The notes: a model not told the origin generated them from the letters alone. A stretch of DNA of 64,000 nt from an uncultured Bacteriovoracaceae bacterium (GCA_964012805.1 CAXGUD010000008.1:1-64000); one strand, 5' to 3'; shown: positions 19,090 through 29,998, counted from the first letter of the stretch. Made by a program: numbers and translations.

Positions 19090-19608
19090 ATGAAACCAAT
19101 TCTAATTATTACTGGACTTCTTTTGATCGGTTATCTGACGATTTGGGCCCTCTTTGATTTCAATATTTCTACTGGGAAGCGTGTAGGGAACCTAGTAAAA
19201 ATATCGAAAAAGGGAAAGTTCATTTTCCTAAAAACTTGGGAAGGGACTTTAGATGAGGGGAGTGGTGATAAGTTAACTTATTACTTTTCAGTTAAAAACG
19301 AGAAAGTAGCGCAGGAGCTTTTTTCTTATCAGGGGAAGCAAGTCACTCTCTATTACGAACAGCACTTTTTTGGTTGGCCGAGGGAAACGACATATGATGT
19401 TGTTGCTTGGACTCCAAAAGACCAGAACGTTGCCCCTTCGAATGGGTCATCTTCGTTTGATGAACTTGTGTCAGAGGTAAGTCGAACTTTATTTTGTTCG
19501 TTTCTTGGGGCTTTGTACAAGGATAAAGAACTTTATAATAAGGTAAAAGAATTTATAAAAGTTGAAAATATGTATGTTTATAAGCAGTATGATAAATGTA
19601 ATCGTTAA
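19090..19608 (+). CDS. membrane-anchored hypothetical protein
   Basis: ATG at 19090 precedes a TM helix; GKRVGNLVKISKKG..KTWEG conserved-looking core. Confidence 0.7.
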   Translation: MKPILIITGLLLIGYLTIWALFDFNISTGKRVGNLVKISKKGKFIFLKTWEGTLDEGSGDKLTYYFSVKNEKVAQELFSYQGKQVTLYYEQHFFGWPRETTYDVVAWTPKDQNVAPSNGSSSFDELVSEVSRTLFCSFLGALYKDKELYNKVKEFIKVENMYVYKQYDKCNR

Positions 19609-19874
19609 GAGGCTTTCGTTTCTTCGTCAAATTCAGACAATTTCTTTTCACAGTATTCTTTAATGATTTGATTAAAGGCAGGAGATTGGGAAAGTCTACC
19701 ATCCTGAATAAGTTTTAAGATTTTACCCATAATTTCTTTATTGGAATTACCCTCCCTTTTCCATAGGACAACGAGAGCTTTCGTTTTTAGAAAGTGTTTA
19801 TGTAATTCTTTTTTTTTCATTAGTTCAGTTCCTTCATTGAAACATTTTGTACCGACTGAAATATAAAGTTCCAT
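19605..19874 (-). CDS. small hypothetical protein
   Basis: 89-aa ORF downstream of the tRNA; real start may be the internal Met (MKKKEL). Confidence 0.45.
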   Translation of the reverse strand: MELYISVGTKCFNEGTELMKKKELHKHFLKTKALVVLWKREGNSNKEIMGKILKLIQDGRLSQSPAFNQIIKEYCEKKLSEFDEETKAS

Positions 19875-19966
19875 CTTTTCTAGGTGGTTTATCGACGTTT
19901 TTGATAATTTTTGAAGAGAAAATAATGGATAAAGGAGTAAATAAGAACTGTTGTGAGAGGAGAAAA

Positions 19967-20043
19967 TGGCGGGAGCGAAGGGACTCGAACCCTCGGCCTT
20001 CTGCGTGACAGGCAGACGTTATAACCAACTTAACTACGCCCCC
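19967..20043 (-). tRNA. tRNA-Asp (GTC)
   Basis: 77 nt; acceptor GGGGGCG/CGCTCCC, anticodon arm TCTGC-CTGTCAC-GCAGA, GGTTCGAGTCC T-arm, encoded CCA. Confidence 0.97.
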
Positions 20044-20063
20044 GTACCCTCTCGAGTTCATAG

Positions 20064-20092
20064 AATATAGGTACCTTTCAAATTATCGTCAA
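20064..20092 (-). promoter_or_regulatory. sigma70-type promoter for tRNA-Asp
   Basis: TTGACG-17 nt-TATATT on the minus strand, about 20 nt upstream of the tRNA. Confidence 0.6.
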
Positions 20093-20192
20093 GAAAAAAA
20101 TCATCATTACGACAGATTTTTATTTCCTTAAAGATGGTGTAGTGTGTTTGATTGATTTGTTTCACTTTTGATCAGTAAAGTTGAGTACCGTT

Positions 20193-20960
20193 ATGAAAAT
20201 TTTTATTACAGGAGGGACTTCAGGAATTGGTTGGGCCCTCACAGAATATTACCTCAATAGGGGTCACCAAGTAGGGATTTGTGGAAGGGATTTAAAGAAG
20301 TTACCTGAGGTTTCCAAGTTCTTTTTAGGGAAAGGGTTAACATGTTTTGAGGTGGATGTGACAGACCGTGTGGCTTTAATGGGGGTCATTAAAGATTTTG
20401 CGAAGGGAAAACTTGACCTTTTGATAGCAAATGCAGGAATTTCACAGGGAGATAAGTCAAGTTATCCAAAGTTTTCTTCGGCTCGAGAAATTTTGAAGAT
20501 AAACCTTGATGGCTTTTTGAATACCTTTGAGGCAGGGTTTAATATTATGGAAAAAGAAGGGGGGCACCTTGTCGCGATATCATCTGTTGCAGGCTTGGTG
20601 GGGCTTCCTGGTGCTGCGGCGTATTGTGGATCTAAGAGCGCTGTATTAAAGATATGTGAGTCTTATTCCATAGATTTTAAAAAGTTTGGCATTGATGTTA
20701 CGACAATTGCTCCAGGCTTTGTTGACACACCACTAACTAGAAAAAATAAACACCCTATGCCCTTTTTAATGGATCCAAAAAAAGCGGCGATCAAAATTTC
20801 AAAGGCAATTGATAAAAAAAAATCTTTATATATTTTTCCTCTGAGAATGAAATTCCTTATGATTTTGTTGGAAAAGATGCCTCGAAGTTTATACCGTTAT
20901 TTAATGAGCTTTAGTCGGTTTGCTTATCCAAGTCACTATGAAAAGGGAAATAATCAATGA
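20193..20960 (+). CDS. short-chain dehydrogenase/reductase
   Basis: TGGTSGIG, NAG, YCGSK and PGFVDT; ATG at 20193. Confidence 0.9.
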   Translation: MKIFITGGTSGIGWALTEYYLNRGHQVGICGRDLKKLPEVSKFFLGKGLTCFEVDVTDRVALMGVIKDFAKGKLDLLIANAGISQGDKSSYPKFSSAREILKINLDGFLNTFEAGFNIMEKEGGHLVAISSVAGLVGLPGAAAYCGSKSAVLKICESYSIDFKKFGIDVTTIAPGFVDTPLTRKNKHPMPFLMDPKKAAIKISKAIDKKKSLYIFPLRMKFLMILLEKMPRSLYRYLMSFSRFAYPSHYEKGNNQ

Positions 20961-21220
20961 AAACTTGCTTTGTTTATTTTGTTTTAGTTTTTTTGAACTT
21001 ATCTTGCATTAAAAATAAAACAATAGAGTCCACTAAAGCCGTTAAAAAAAGTGGAGTTTCTAGAATCAAAGATCAAAGCAAAAGCGAAAAGGAAAAAGAT
21101 TGTGATTCTGGTGAGGAGGTTTTGAAAAAAATTGAGGTTAGAAAAGACTCTTTGTCATTAAATAATCTTGAAAGTGGTTGCTCTATCGATAGTAATAAAG
21201 AAGAGGAGTTAAAACTTTAG
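20957..21220 (+). CDS. small lipoprotein
   Basis: hydrophobic leader ending LNLSC; ATGA overlap with the SDR gene. Confidence 0.6.
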   Translation: MKTCFVYFVLVFLNLSCIKNKTIESTKAVKKSGVSRIKDQSKSEKEKDCDSGEEVLKKIEVRKDSLSLNNLESGCSIDSNKEEELKL

Positions 21221-21224
21221 GCTT

Positions 21225-21950
21225 TTATAAATGACTTTCTTCGGTTTTTATTACCTTCTCAACAAAAAAATTATCGTTTCTTGCTGACCATATGACATCA
21301 AAATCAAGGAGGCGAAACCCATAGGTTTTTAACTCCTTTTGGCTTCTTTGGTGCCCAGGCCTTGGGTCTAGTATAAGAGTTTCTTGTATTATCTTTTGAA
21401 AAGAAAGCTGACTTTCTTTTTCTAGAAAAAACTTGTTTATATTATTAATAGACTCTGTTGAAAATTGTACCGATGGGTGTTTATTAACAGGAATTTGATC
21501 TGTCCATCCTCCATTGGCTTTGGTCGCATAATCAACACTCGGTAGGTAAGGCTTTATGTCGTAGATTGGGGTTTGGTCCAAAATATCCTGCCCACTAACT
21601 AATATTGAGATACCTTTCTCTTCTTTTGCAATTTTAATGATCTTTAGAAGGGAAATGCCTAAGGGGTTTGGTCTATAAGGGGATCTAGTAGCAAAAACTC
21701 CAACTTTTTTGTTCCCTCCGAGTCTTGGAGGGCGGACCGTGGTTCTGAAACGATTATTTTTTAAAGCATGGAAGCCAAAAATTACCCAAAGGTGGGAAAA
21801 TTTATCAAGGTCTGAAATCATTTCCAATCTGTCAAAGGGAGGGCTCAGGATAATTTTTCCTTGAACTGAAGGAGCAAGTGAGCTTTGACGAGGAATTCCG
21901 AATAGTTCCTTAAAACAAGATTCAAAAGTGCCAATTTTAGTTAGTTTCAT
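21225..21950 (-). CDS. tsaA: tRNA t6A37 N6-methyltransferase TrmO
   Basis: FGIPRQS, VRPPRLGGN..GVFATRSPYRPNPLG, TPIYDIKPYLP and DPRP. Confidence 0.92.
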   Translation of the reverse strand: MKLTKIGTFESCFKELFGIPRQSSLAPSVQGKIILSPPFDRLEMISDLDKFSHLWVIFGFHALKNNRFRTTVRPPRLGGNKKVGVFATRSPYRPNPLGISLLKIIKIAKEEKGISILVSGQDILDQTPIYDIKPYLPSVDYATKANGGWTDQIPVNKHPSVQFSTESINNINKFFLEKESQLSFQKIIQETLILDPRPGHQRSQKELKTYGFRLLDFDVIWSARNDNFFVEKVIKTEESHL

Positions 21951-22495
21951 TCTAAGGTGTCTTCATCTCGGAAAAATTGTATAAACTCTTCTTCATAAGA
22001 AAGGTGTTTGGTGTCTTTTATCTTATCTACGTAAAGAGTTCCTGAAAGATGATCTAACTCATGTTGAAAAACTGTTGCTAGGAACCCATCAAGCTCAAGG
22101 GTTTGTTTTTTGAGGTCTAAGTCAGTAAATTCTACTTTTATTTTTTGGGGTCGTTCAACATATCCTCTCAGTCCGGGAACAGAGAGACAGCCTTCCCAAT
22201 AACCTTTTTTTTCATTATCGAGAACAGTCAAAACAGGGTTAATAATGACTAAAAGAGGCGTTTTCTCGACTTCTTCGTAGCGCTCGCTGTCCTCCGGAAG
22301 TTCGATGATGGCAACTTGCTTACTAACACCAATTTGAGGCGCAGCAATGCCAATCCCACCTTCTTGTTTCATGGTGTCATACATATCCCTAATGAGTTGA
22401 GAAAATTCTTCAGATTTAATTTCATCGTATGCCACATTTTCAGCGGCTTGTCTTAGTAGTGGGTGCCCCATTCTGAGGACTGGCTTAGTGCTCAT
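21947..22495 (-). CDS. def: peptide deformylase
   Basis: GIGIAAPQIG, EGCLSVP and QHELDHL. Confidence 0.96.
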   Translation of the reverse strand: MSTKPVLRMGHPLLRQAAENVAYDEIKSEEFSQLIRDMYDTMKQEGGIGIAAPQIGVSKQVAIIELPEDSERYEEVEKTPLLVIINPVLTVLDNEKKGYWEGCLSVPGLRGYVERPQKIKVEFTDLDLKKQTLELDGFLATVFQHELDHLSGTLYVDKIKDTKHLSYEEEFIQFFRDEDTLE

Positions 22496-22571
22496 CTAGC
22501 ATTCCATTTTTGAAGATTTAAGAATATATTATCATTTTTATGACAAAAATAAGTTCAAAAGGATAGTCGCC

Positions 22572-23054
22572 TTGAAAAAAATTCTTTTTGTTTGTTTAGG
22601 TAATATATGTAGGTCACCCACTGCTGAGGGTGTTATGAACAAATTATTGGAAGAAAAAAAATTGTCTCATAAAATTGAATGTGACTCTGCAGGAACGTCT
22701 TCGGTTCATACAGGGGAGCTGCCTGATTCAAGAAGTATAAAGCATGCTTTAAAGAGAGGGGTCTCCATGAACTCGAGATCAAGACCCTTTGATAAATCTA
22801 TAGACTTTGACAATTTTGACTTAATTCTTGTCATGGATAAGAACAACTTGAGGTCGATCAGGAACCAGGATTTAAATAATCTTTATTCAGACAAAATAAG
22901 GCTTATGACTGATTTCTGTAGCTCCATAATGGCAGATGAAGTACCAGACCCCTATTTTACAGGAGAGGATGGTTTTGAAACGGTGTTGGATATTTTGGAA
23001 GATGCCACTGAAGGTCTTTTGAAATATCTTTTAAATGAAGGTAAGGTTGTCTGA
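22572..23054 (+). CDS. low-molecular-weight protein tyrosine phosphatase
   Basis: VCLGNICRSP and DPYF. Confidence 0.93.
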   Translation: MKKILFVCLGNICRSPTAEGVMNKLLEEKKLSHKIECDSAGTSSVHTGELPDSRSIKHALKRGVSMNSRSRPFDKSIDFDNFDLILVMDKNNLRSIRNQDLNNLYSDKIRLMTDFCSSIMADEVPDPYFTGEDGFETVLDILEDATEGLLKYLLNEGKVV

Positions 23055-23059
23055 AAAGT

Positions 23060-23572
23060 ATGAAAGAGAAAAATTATATAACGCCTTTTGGATTAAAAAG
23101 GCTTATTGATGAAAGGGACTTTTTATTAAAAATTGAAAGGCCTAAGGTTGTTTCAGTTGTTTCTTGGGCGGCTTCTTTAGGCGATCGATCAGAAAATGCT
23201 GATTATATCTATGGTAAAAAGAGGTTAAGAGAAATTGATAGGAGATTAAAGTTTTTAGGAAAGAGAATTAACTTGGCTTTAATCGTTGATCCTCTTTCAA
23301 TTAAGTCTAAAACAATTCAGTTTGGAGCGTCCGTCATTTTTCGAGAGGAAAGTGGGGAAGAAAAAAAAGTAACTATTGTTGGAATCGATGAAATAAATAT
23401 CGAAAAAGGCATGATCAGTTGGAAATCACCTATAGGCAAGACTCTTCTAGGAAAAATGGTGGGCGATTTTTGTACAGTGATAAAACCCAATGGAGAAATA
23501 GAATTAGAGATTGTAGACTTGGATTATAAAGAGATATCAATTGATAGATATAAGGAGGAGTCTTGGAAGTAG
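23060..23572 (+). CDS. greB: transcription elongation factor GreB
   Basis: WAASLGDRSENADYIYGKKRLREIDRR and ISWKSPIG. Confidence 0.95.
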   Translation: MKEKNYITPFGLKRLIDERDFLLKIERPKVVSVVSWAASLGDRSENADYIYGKKRLREIDRRLKFLGKRINLALIVDPLSIKSKTIQFGASVIFREESGEEKKVTIVGIDEINIEKGMISWKSPIGKTLLGKMVGDFCTVIKPNGEIELEIVDLDYKEISIDRYKEESWK

Positions 23573-23940
23573 CCTTGAATTGTACTTTATCAGTTGGTGA
23601 AGTTTTTGATAAAATTTCCATCCTCGAAATAAAAAAAGAAAAAATTAGCGACTCAGTTAAGATAAATAGTGTTTGCAGAGAATGTGACCTCCTTTATGAA
23701 AAAATTGAGATATTTCCAGAAGTTGAGAGAAGAGACTTTTTGGTTAGCCTAAAAAAAGTTAATCTAAAGCTTTGGAATGTAGAAGAAGAATTAAGAGAGT
23801 TAGAGTCTTTAGGCCAGTTTGGAGAAAGGTTTATCGATCTAGCTAGGAGTGTTTATAAGCTCAATGATCAAAGATTTTCTTTAAAGGACAATGTTAATAA
23901 TCACTTTGGTTCTTTTATTCGAGAGGTCAAGTCTTATTGA
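23563..23940 (+). CDS. conserved hypothetical protein (DUF6165-like)
   Basis: SVGEVFDKISILEIK..LWNVEE..FIDLARSVYKLNDQR..EVKSY. Confidence 0.7.
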   Translation: MEVALNCTLSVGEVFDKISILEIKKEKISDSVKINSVCRECDLLYEKIEIFPEVERRDFLVSLKKVNLKLWNVEEELRELESLGQFGERFIDLARSVYKLNDQRFSLKDNVNNHFGSFIREVKSY

Positions 23941-24006
23941 CTTTGACTAAATGGATGTGCTAGCTTTTTTCCTCTAATATCAGCTTATTTTTTTTAGGAA
24001 ATCTTT

Positions 24007-24813
24007 ATGACTAAAGAAACAGGTGTATTAAGCACTAGCCAAAAGTATAAATATTATGAAACTGCAGTTCAGTGCTTCGAAAGTGATATTGATTTTCTTA
24101 AGGATAATTATAAAAAGATTTACAACAAAGAGCCTCTAACTTTACGTGAGGATTTTGGTGGAACAGGTGCTTTGGCTTGTAACTGGGTTAAAGAAGGACC
24201 AAAAAATTTTTCGTGGGCCATCGACATCGATCCTGAGCCAATAGGCTATGGTATTGAAAATCATTTATCGAAATTGACAAAGACTGAAAAAGAAAGAATG
24301 AAGTTTATGGAGGCTAATGTCCTGGATAAATTTGATTTTAAAACTGATGTTATCGTTGCCTTTAACTTCTCTTATTTTATTTTTAAAAAGAGAAAACAGC
24401 TACTGGAGTACTTTACTAGGGTAAGAGAAGGGCTTAACGATCAAGGGGCTTTTTTTATAGATCTTTTTGGAGGGACCGAAGCTAGAAGTGAGTTGGTTGA
24501 GGAAACGGAGCATGAAGATTTTTCCTACTTTTGGGATTGCGATAACTTTAATCCTATAACTGAAGAGTGCCAATACTACATTCATTTCAAGACCCATAAA
24601 GATAACCAAAAATATCATAAAGTTTTCTCTTATGATTGGAGAATGTGGGGTATTGCTGAGTTGAGAGAAATTATGGAAGATGCTGGTTTCTCCAAAACTA
24701 TCGCCTTTTGGGAAGGTGATGATGGTGATGGTGGTGGTGATGGCGAGTTTTATAAGACTGAAACTGCCGAGAATTGCGAATCCTGGGTCACTTATATTTG
24801 CGCTCTTCCATAG
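24007..24813 (+). CDS. class I SAM-dependent methyltransferase
   Basis: LREDFGGTG, AIDID, AFNFSYF and YDWRMW. Confidence 0.8.
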   Translation: MTKETGVLSTSQKYKYYETAVQCFESDIDFLKDNYKKIYNKEPLTLREDFGGTGALACNWVKEGPKNFSWAIDIDPEPIGYGIENHLSKLTKTEKERMKFMEANVLDKFDFKTDVIVAFNFSYFIFKKRKQLLEYFTRVREGLNDQGAFFIDLFGGTEARSELVEETEHEDFSYFWDCDNFNPITEECQYYIHFKTHKDNQKYHKVFSYDWRMWGIAELREIMEDAGFSKTIAFWEGDDGDGGGDGEFYKTETAENCESWVTYICALP

Positions 24814-25051
24814 TCAAAATTTAAAGAGGCAAATCTTCTGATGAATTGCTTGCTTTTTTTCATTAAGTTATAATCCATTTAGATAGATTGTTTGCTGAGA
24901 ACTTTCACGGAAAAAAATCAAGTCTAGGCTGGTTTTAAGGAAAGTTGATTTAATTTATAGAACTTTAAGCAAAAGCCTTCTAGAAAAGATAGCTCGTTAA
25001 CAGTTTGGAAAAAATTATAAAGTAATAATTTTTCAAAAAGGAATATTGACA

Positions 25052-25348
25052 ATGAAAACGGTTGTCCAAATTGATGAAGAAATAAAGGAGATTATCCCTA
25101 ACTTTTTGGAAGGCAGGGAAAAGGATATAAACCTTTTTAAAGCAGCTATTGACACGGAAGACTTTGATCAACTGGAGTCAATAGGTCATAAATTAAAAGG
25201 AAACGCCGGAAGTTACGGTTTTGACAAAATGAGCGAATACGGCGCGGCTATTGAAATTGCAGCTAAAAATAAAGATCTAGAAAAAATAAAGTCTATTGTT
25301 AAAGAGTTTGAAGAGCACTTTCAAAGCATTGAGATCGAATTTGTCTGA
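25052..25348 (+). CDS. stand-alone Hpt (histidine phosphotransfer) protein
   Basis: GHKLKGNAGSYG motif. Confidence 0.85.
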   Translation: MKTVVQIDEEIKEIIPNFLEGREKDINLFKAAIDTEDFDQLESIGHKLKGNAGSYGFDKMSEYGAAIEIAAKNKDLEKIKSIVKEFEEHFQSIEIEFV

Positions 25349-25369
25349 GAAGGCTTTTAAACCCAACAA

Positions 25370-25774
25370 TTAAGGTAATTTAAAGGCCTGGAATACAAAA
25401 AACTGGTTTGCAGTGATTTTTTTGATCAGCTTCTCGTCAGTATTTTTTGGTTGTAGGATAAGGATCTGACTCTTTTCCTCAGCCAGGTTAGCAACTATAT
25501 CTAAAAATACCCCTATTTCCTTATCAATTGCGGAAAAACCTAGGTTGTAATGACCAAGGAAGAGGTTTTTATTGAAATTCTTAGTAAAAAATAAGTTTGG
25601 AGTTTTATGAGATGGTAGCTCTCTTTGGAAATAGTTCATAAGAAGACCATCGAAAAAATAATTTAGTGCATAGAACGGCTTAGGCTTCTCTTTTAAGTCA
25701 TCTGGAGTCAGCCAAAGTATGCCACTCGTCTTTGAGCTAATCTTGTCTTGAAGGAATGATGTTTCTTCTACCAT
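25370..25774 (-). CDS. hypothetical protein
   Basis: 134-aa ORF 1 nt downstream of nusB. Confidence 0.7.
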   Translation of the reverse strand: MVEETSFLQDKISSKTSGILWLTPDDLKEKPKPFYALNYFFDGLLMNYFQRELPSHKTPNLFFTKNFNKNLFLGHYNLGFSAIDKEIGVFLDIVANLAEEKSQILILQPKNTDEKLIKKITANQFFVFQAFKLP

Positions 25775-25775
25775 A

Positions 25776-26285
25776 TTATTGTTTATTATTATTTAATTCA
25801 AAAAGTTTGTTAAGTACCCCATTGATAAATGAGGAAGATTTATTTGTTCCGAACTGTTTTGCAATATTTATGGCTTCATTAATAACGACTTTATCAGGGG
25901 TGTAGTCTATGTGTTGAATTTCAAAGCATGCTATTAAAAGAAGCGTCAAGTCAACTTTATTCATTTTTTCAATGTTCCAGTTTGTAGAACATTTTTCTAT
26001 ATCCTTCTCTAGCGAAGGGGTTTCCTTGATAACACCAAGGATAAGCTTTTTTGCAAAACTTTTTTCCTTTGGGCCCAATTTTGTTAAGGCCTCTTTTTGC
26101 TCATCACTTTCTAAGAGGGCAGTTTCAAACTCATTAAGGAGGCTCTCGATGAGGTCATGGCTGCTTTCCCTATTTATATCCTCTTGAAGTTTTTCTCTTG
26201 ATTCAGAAAAATGGTTCAATTGAAGGTGGTATAAAAACTGAAAAGCATAAATTCTTGCAAGTGACTTAAGTTCTTTATTATCCAT
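25776..26285 (-). CDS. nusB: transcription antitermination factor NusB
   Basis: AR..AFQFLY, VVINEAINIAKQFG and FINGVL. Confidence 0.92.
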   Translation of the reverse strand: MDNKELKSLARIYAFQFLYHLQLNHFSESREKLQEDINRESSHDLIESLLNEFETALLESDEQKEALTKLGPKEKSFAKKLILGVIKETPSLEKDIEKCSTNWNIEKMNKVDLTLLLIACFEIQHIDYTPDKVVINEAINIAKQFGTNKSSSFINGVLNKLFELNNNKQ

Positions 26286-26311
26286 AAATTCTTCTCGAAA
26301 TCTCTTTTCTT

Positions 26312-27571
26312 TTAAAGGTTAGGGTAAACAGGAAATGCTGAGCAAAGCTCAAGAACTTCTTTCTTAATTTTTGTATGAGTTGTTTCGCTATCTGGATTTC
26401 TGAGTGCTTCATTCATCCAAATACCAAGTTGATCCATATGCTCTTCTGTTAAGCCGCGAGTGGTTATAGCAGGTGTGCCAACTCTTACTCCAGAAGTAAC
26501 AAAAGGTGACCTCTTGTCGCCCGGGATCATATTTTTGTTGCAGGTTATACCAGAAGCTTCCAGGATTCTTTCTGCTTTTTTCCCACTTAGGTCAACTGAG
26601 TCTGTTTTAACGAGAATTAGATGGTTGTCTGTTCCACCTGAAACTATATCTATTCCCAGCTCTTGTAATTTATTAGCTAATGCTTTTGCATTTTGAAGGA
26701 CCTGTTTTTGATAATCCAAAAATTCAGGTTGAAGTGCTTCGTGAAAAGCAACGGCTTTGGCTCCAATGGTGTGTTCCATTGGGCCTCCTTGTATACCAGG
26801 AAAAATATTGAAGTTAAACTTTTTGTGGAGTTCCTCATCTTGAGTGAGAATTAATCCACCCCTAGGTCCTCTCAAGGTTTTGTGAGTTGTCGTGGTTACT
26901 GCGTGCGCTTCTGTAACAGGAGTCGGATGAAGTCCGACTGCTATGAGGCCAGCTATGTGAGCAACATCTGCAACCAAGAAAGCTCCAACCTCGTCAGCTA
27001 TTTCCCGAAACTTTTTAAAGTCAATAGTTCTTGGGTAAGCAGAGGCGCCAGCAATGATTAGCTTTGGCCTTTCTGCTTTTGCTTTTTCCAAAATATCATT
27101 ATAGTCCAGGGTCTCAGTTTTTTCATTTAAGCCATAGTATGCATTTTTAAAAAGTTTCCCTGAGAAATTGACAGGGGAACCGTGAGTTAGGTGTCCTCCT
27201 TCAGAAAGGTTCATTCCTAGTATTTTATCTCCATGCTCTAAGAGAGAGAAAAAGACGCCCATATTTGCCTGCGATCCAGAGTGAGCTTGGACATTAGCAT
27301 AATTCGCCTTAAATAATTTTGCCGCTCTTTCAATTGCCAGCTCTTCAATGTGATCTACAAATTCACAACCACCATAATAGCGTTTCCTTGGTTGGCCTTC
27401 AGCATATTTATTGGTCAGGATAGAACCTTGGGCTTCAAGAACAGCAGGGGAAGCATAGTTTTCTGAGGCTATAAGCTCAAGGCCATTTTCTTGTCTTCCT
27501 TTTTCCTTAGCAATAAGATCGGCAACCTCTTTGTCCATTTTAGATAGTTCTATTGAGTTTGGGTGAAACAT
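26312..27571 (-). CDS. glyA: serine hydroxymethyltransferase
   Basis: LIASENY, GGHLTHG and [14 protein letters not shown]. Confidence 0.98.
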   Translation of the reverse strand: MFHPNSIELSKMDKEVADLIAKEKGRQENGLELIASENYASPAVLEAQGSILTNKYAEGQPRKRYYGGCEFVDHIEELAIERAAKLFKANYANVQAHSGSQANMGVFFSLLEHGDKILGMNLSEGGHLTHGSPVNFSGKLFKNAYYGLNEKTETLDYNDILEKAKAERPKLIIAGASAYPRTIDFKKFREIADEVGAFLVADVAHIAGLIAVGLHPTPVTEAHAVTTTTHKTLRGPRGGLILTQDEELHKKFNFNIFPGIQGGPMEHTIGAKAVAFHEALQPEFLDYQKQVLQNAKALANKLQELGIDIVSGGTDNHLILVKTDSVDLSGKKAERILEASGITCNKNMIPGDKRSPFVTSGVRVGTPAITTRGLTEEHMDQLGIWMNEALRNPDSETTHTKIKKEVLELCSAFPVYPNL

Positions 27572-27591
27572 AAGGTTTTCCTTTCTGTAAA

Positions 27592-28854
27592 TTAGTCTCG
27601 AAACTTTTTAAGGACAAGAGCACTGTTTGTCCCTCCAAATCCGAAAGAATTATTGAGAGCATACTCAACGTTCATTGTTTTCGCTTTATTTGCTACATAA
27701 TCTAAGTCGCATTCAGGGTCTTGCTTATTTAAGTTAATGGTTGGAGGTAGAATTCCCTCATGTATTGCGAGAGAAGAAAAAATAGTTTCAACTCCACCTG
27801 CTGCCCCTAGGAGGTGCCCTGTCATTGACTTTGTAGAGCTCACTTTAAGGGAATATGCATGTTCACCAAAAACTTTCTTAATCGCTTTTGTTTCGGCAAT
27901 ATCTCCTAAAGGTGTTGAGGTGCCGTGGGCATTAATATAGTCAATTTTCTCAGGAGCAATTCCTGCAGATTCAAGAGCTTGTTGCATACACCCTGAAGCT
28001 CCTATGCCCTCTGGGTGTGGAGCAGTTATGTGATGGGCATCTGAGGAGTTTCCAAAGCCAATGAGCTCAGCATATATTGTTGCGCCCCTGTCTTTCGCTT
28101 TCTCAAGGTTCTCTAATACAAGAATCCCTGCACCTTCTCCCATAACAAAACCATTTCTATCGACATCAAACGGTCTGGAAGTCGTTTTAGGGTTTTCAAT
28201 ACTCTTTGAAAGCGCTTTCATATTATTAAAGCCGGAGTATGGCAGATTACAGAGGACACTTTCAGCACCTCCTGAAATAATAAGGTCTTGCCTACCTGCC
28301 ATAATTTCTGTAGCTGCCGTTGAGAGGGCATGCCCAGCTGAAGCACAGGCACTAGATATAGTAAAATTGACACCTCTAAGGTTCATTCTAATGCTTACTA
28401 AGCCAGATGCCATATTTGGAATCACGGAGGGAATAAAGAAAGGGCTTACCCTTCTATGTCCTTTATTTTTAAAATTATTGTGCTCTTTTTCCATGAATGG
28501 GAAGCCACCCATCCCTACACCTATAATACAGCCCATTTTTTCTGGAAGGTAATTGTGACTTTTGTCTAAGCCTGCATTTAAATAGGCTTCATTTGCTGAG
28601 TGGAGTGCAAAGTGAATGAATTTGTCATAGCGAGGAGCTTCTTTTGCTGAGAGGAGCTCTTCGTTTATAGTGAAGTTTTTGACTTCGCCAGCGATGTTAA
28701 TCGGTAGGTCTTTATCAGCATAACTGTGTTCAACTTTTGAGATACCAGACTCACCATCTTTAATTTTTTTCCATATCTCGGGAAGAGAATGTCCTAAACC
28801 ACAAATGGCACCCATCCCTGTGATTGCAACGCGATTTAATTTACCATTAGTCAT
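27592..28854 (-). CDS. fabF: 3-oxoacyl-ACP synthase II
   Basis: [23 protein letters not shown] and NSFGFGGTN. Confidence 0.96.
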   Translation of the reverse strand: MTNGKLNRVAITGMGAICGLGHSLPEIWKKIKDGESGISKVEHSYADKDLPINIAGEVKNFTINEELLSAKEAPRYDKFIHFALHSANEAYLNAGLDKSHNYLPEKMGCIIGVGMGGFPFMEKEHNNFKNKGHRRVSPFFIPSVIPNMASGLVSIRMNLRGVNFTISSACASAGHALSTAATEIMAGRQDLIISGGAESVLCNLPYSGFNNMKALSKSIENPKTTSRPFDVDRNGFVMGEGAGILVLENLEKAKDRGATIYAELIGFGNSSDAHHITAPHPEGIGASGCMQQALESAGIAPEKIDYINAHGTSTPLGDIAETKAIKKVFGEHAYSLKVSSTKSMTGHLLGAAGGVETIFSSLAIHEGILPPTINLNKQDPECDLDYVANKAKTMNVEYALNNSFGFGGTNSALVLKKFRD

Positions 28855-28886
28855 TTTCTAGTCCTTTGATCATCCCTAAATGGCCT

Positions 28887-28916
28887 AAAAAAAGAGGAAG
28901 GTTTACCCTCCCTCTC
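28887..28916 (-). terminator. intrinsic terminator after acpP
   Basis: minus strand AGAGGGAGG-gtaaa-CCTTCCTCT followed by a T run. Confidence 0.7.
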
Positions 28917-28951
28917 ATCATGTTATACCTAATAATGAAGAACCATTAAAA

Positions 28952-29179
28952 CTATTGTTTTGTACCAAGGTAAGTAACAACATCTTTAACTGTCTTAAGC
29001 GTTTCAGCATCCTCTTCTGGGATTTCTACGCCAAAGTCATCTTCAAACTTCATCATAAGTTCAACGATGTCTAGAGAGTCAAGGTTAAGATCTTCTACGA
29101 AGCTTGTTTCAGGTTTAATTTTTGATAACTCAACTTTTGTAGCATCGCTAATCAACTTCATTACTTTTTCTTCTGTCAT
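28952..29179 (-). CDS. acpP: acyl carrier protein
   Basis: DLNLDSLDIVELMM; position in the fab cluster. Confidence 0.96.
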   Translation of the reverse strand: MTEEKVMKLISDATKVELSKIKPETSFVEDLNLDSLDIVELMMKFEDDFGVEIPEEDAETLKTVKDVVTYLGTKQ

Positions 29180-29233
29180 TTTAAATCTCCTCGTGTTTTA
29201 AGTTTCTTAATCTATTAATATTAAGTTATTAGT

Positions 29234-29998
29234 TTAAATATATAATCCACCGTCAACTTTTATAATTTCTCCCGTGATATAGGAGGATGCCTGGCTTAGA
29301 AGGAAGCTGACAAGATTCGCCACTTCCTCAGTTTTTCCAAACCTAGAGAGCGGTATTGATGAAAGATACGCCTCTTTGGCCTTATCATCAAGCCCTTCTG
29401 TCATATCCGTTTGAATAAATCCAGGACAAATAGCATTGCACCTAACTCCTTTTGAGGCTAATTCTTTCGCGTAAGTTTTTGTAAAACCAAGAACTCCAGC
29501 CTTTGACGCAGAGTATGCGCTTTGGGAAGTATTTCCCATTAGGCCCACAACGGAGCTTAAGTTTACGACTGAGACATTTTCAGCTTTTAAAAACTGTCTG
29601 GAAAGAATTGACGTTAAAAGAAGGGTTCCTTTTAGATTTGTGTCAATTATTTGGTCAAGATCTTCTTCTTTTAGGCGAAGGATAAGCTGGTCTTTTGATA
29701 CACCTGCATTGTTCACCAGACCCGAAATACTTCCAAACTCTTTTGAGAAAGAGGTCAGGGCATCCTTCATTTCAGCAGTGTTGGTTATATCAAACAAAAG
29801 AGGAGTTGCTTTTTCAGCTCCCATTTCCATGAGCTTTTTTTTGAACTTGTCAGCAACGTCTTCTTTTCCAGCTCTGTAATTAAAAACTAAATGAGCCCCC
29901 TGTGTTGCTAGGGATTCAGCAACTGTCTTTCCAATTCCCCTCGTTGCACCTGTTACAAGAATAATTTTATTTTTAAGGTCTGGGTATTGTATGATCAT
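29234..29998 (-). CDS. fabG: 3-oxoacyl-ACP reductase
   Basis: TGATRGIG, NNAG, YSASKAG and PGFIQTDMT. Confidence 0.94.
   Translation of the reverse strand: MIIQYPDLKNKIILVTGATRGIGKTVAESLATQGAHLVFNYRAGKEDVADKFKKKLMEMGAEKATPLLFDITNTAEMKDALTSFSKEFGSISGLVNNAGVSKDQLILRLKEEDLDQIIDTNLKGTLLLTSILSRQFLKAENVSVVNLSSVVGLMGNTSQSAYSASKAGVLGFTKTYAKELASKGVRCNAICPGFIQTDMTEGLDDKAKEAYLSSIPLSRFGKTEEVANLVSFLLSQASSYITGEIIKVDGGLYI

Noticed and set aside
16204..20043. Possible island integrated at the tRNA-Asp 3' end
   Set aside because: No integrase, and I found no duplicate of the tRNA 3' end by eye
19834..20061. 75-aa ORF on the minus strand
   Set aside because: It overlaps the tRNA-Asp gene and is a spurious translation
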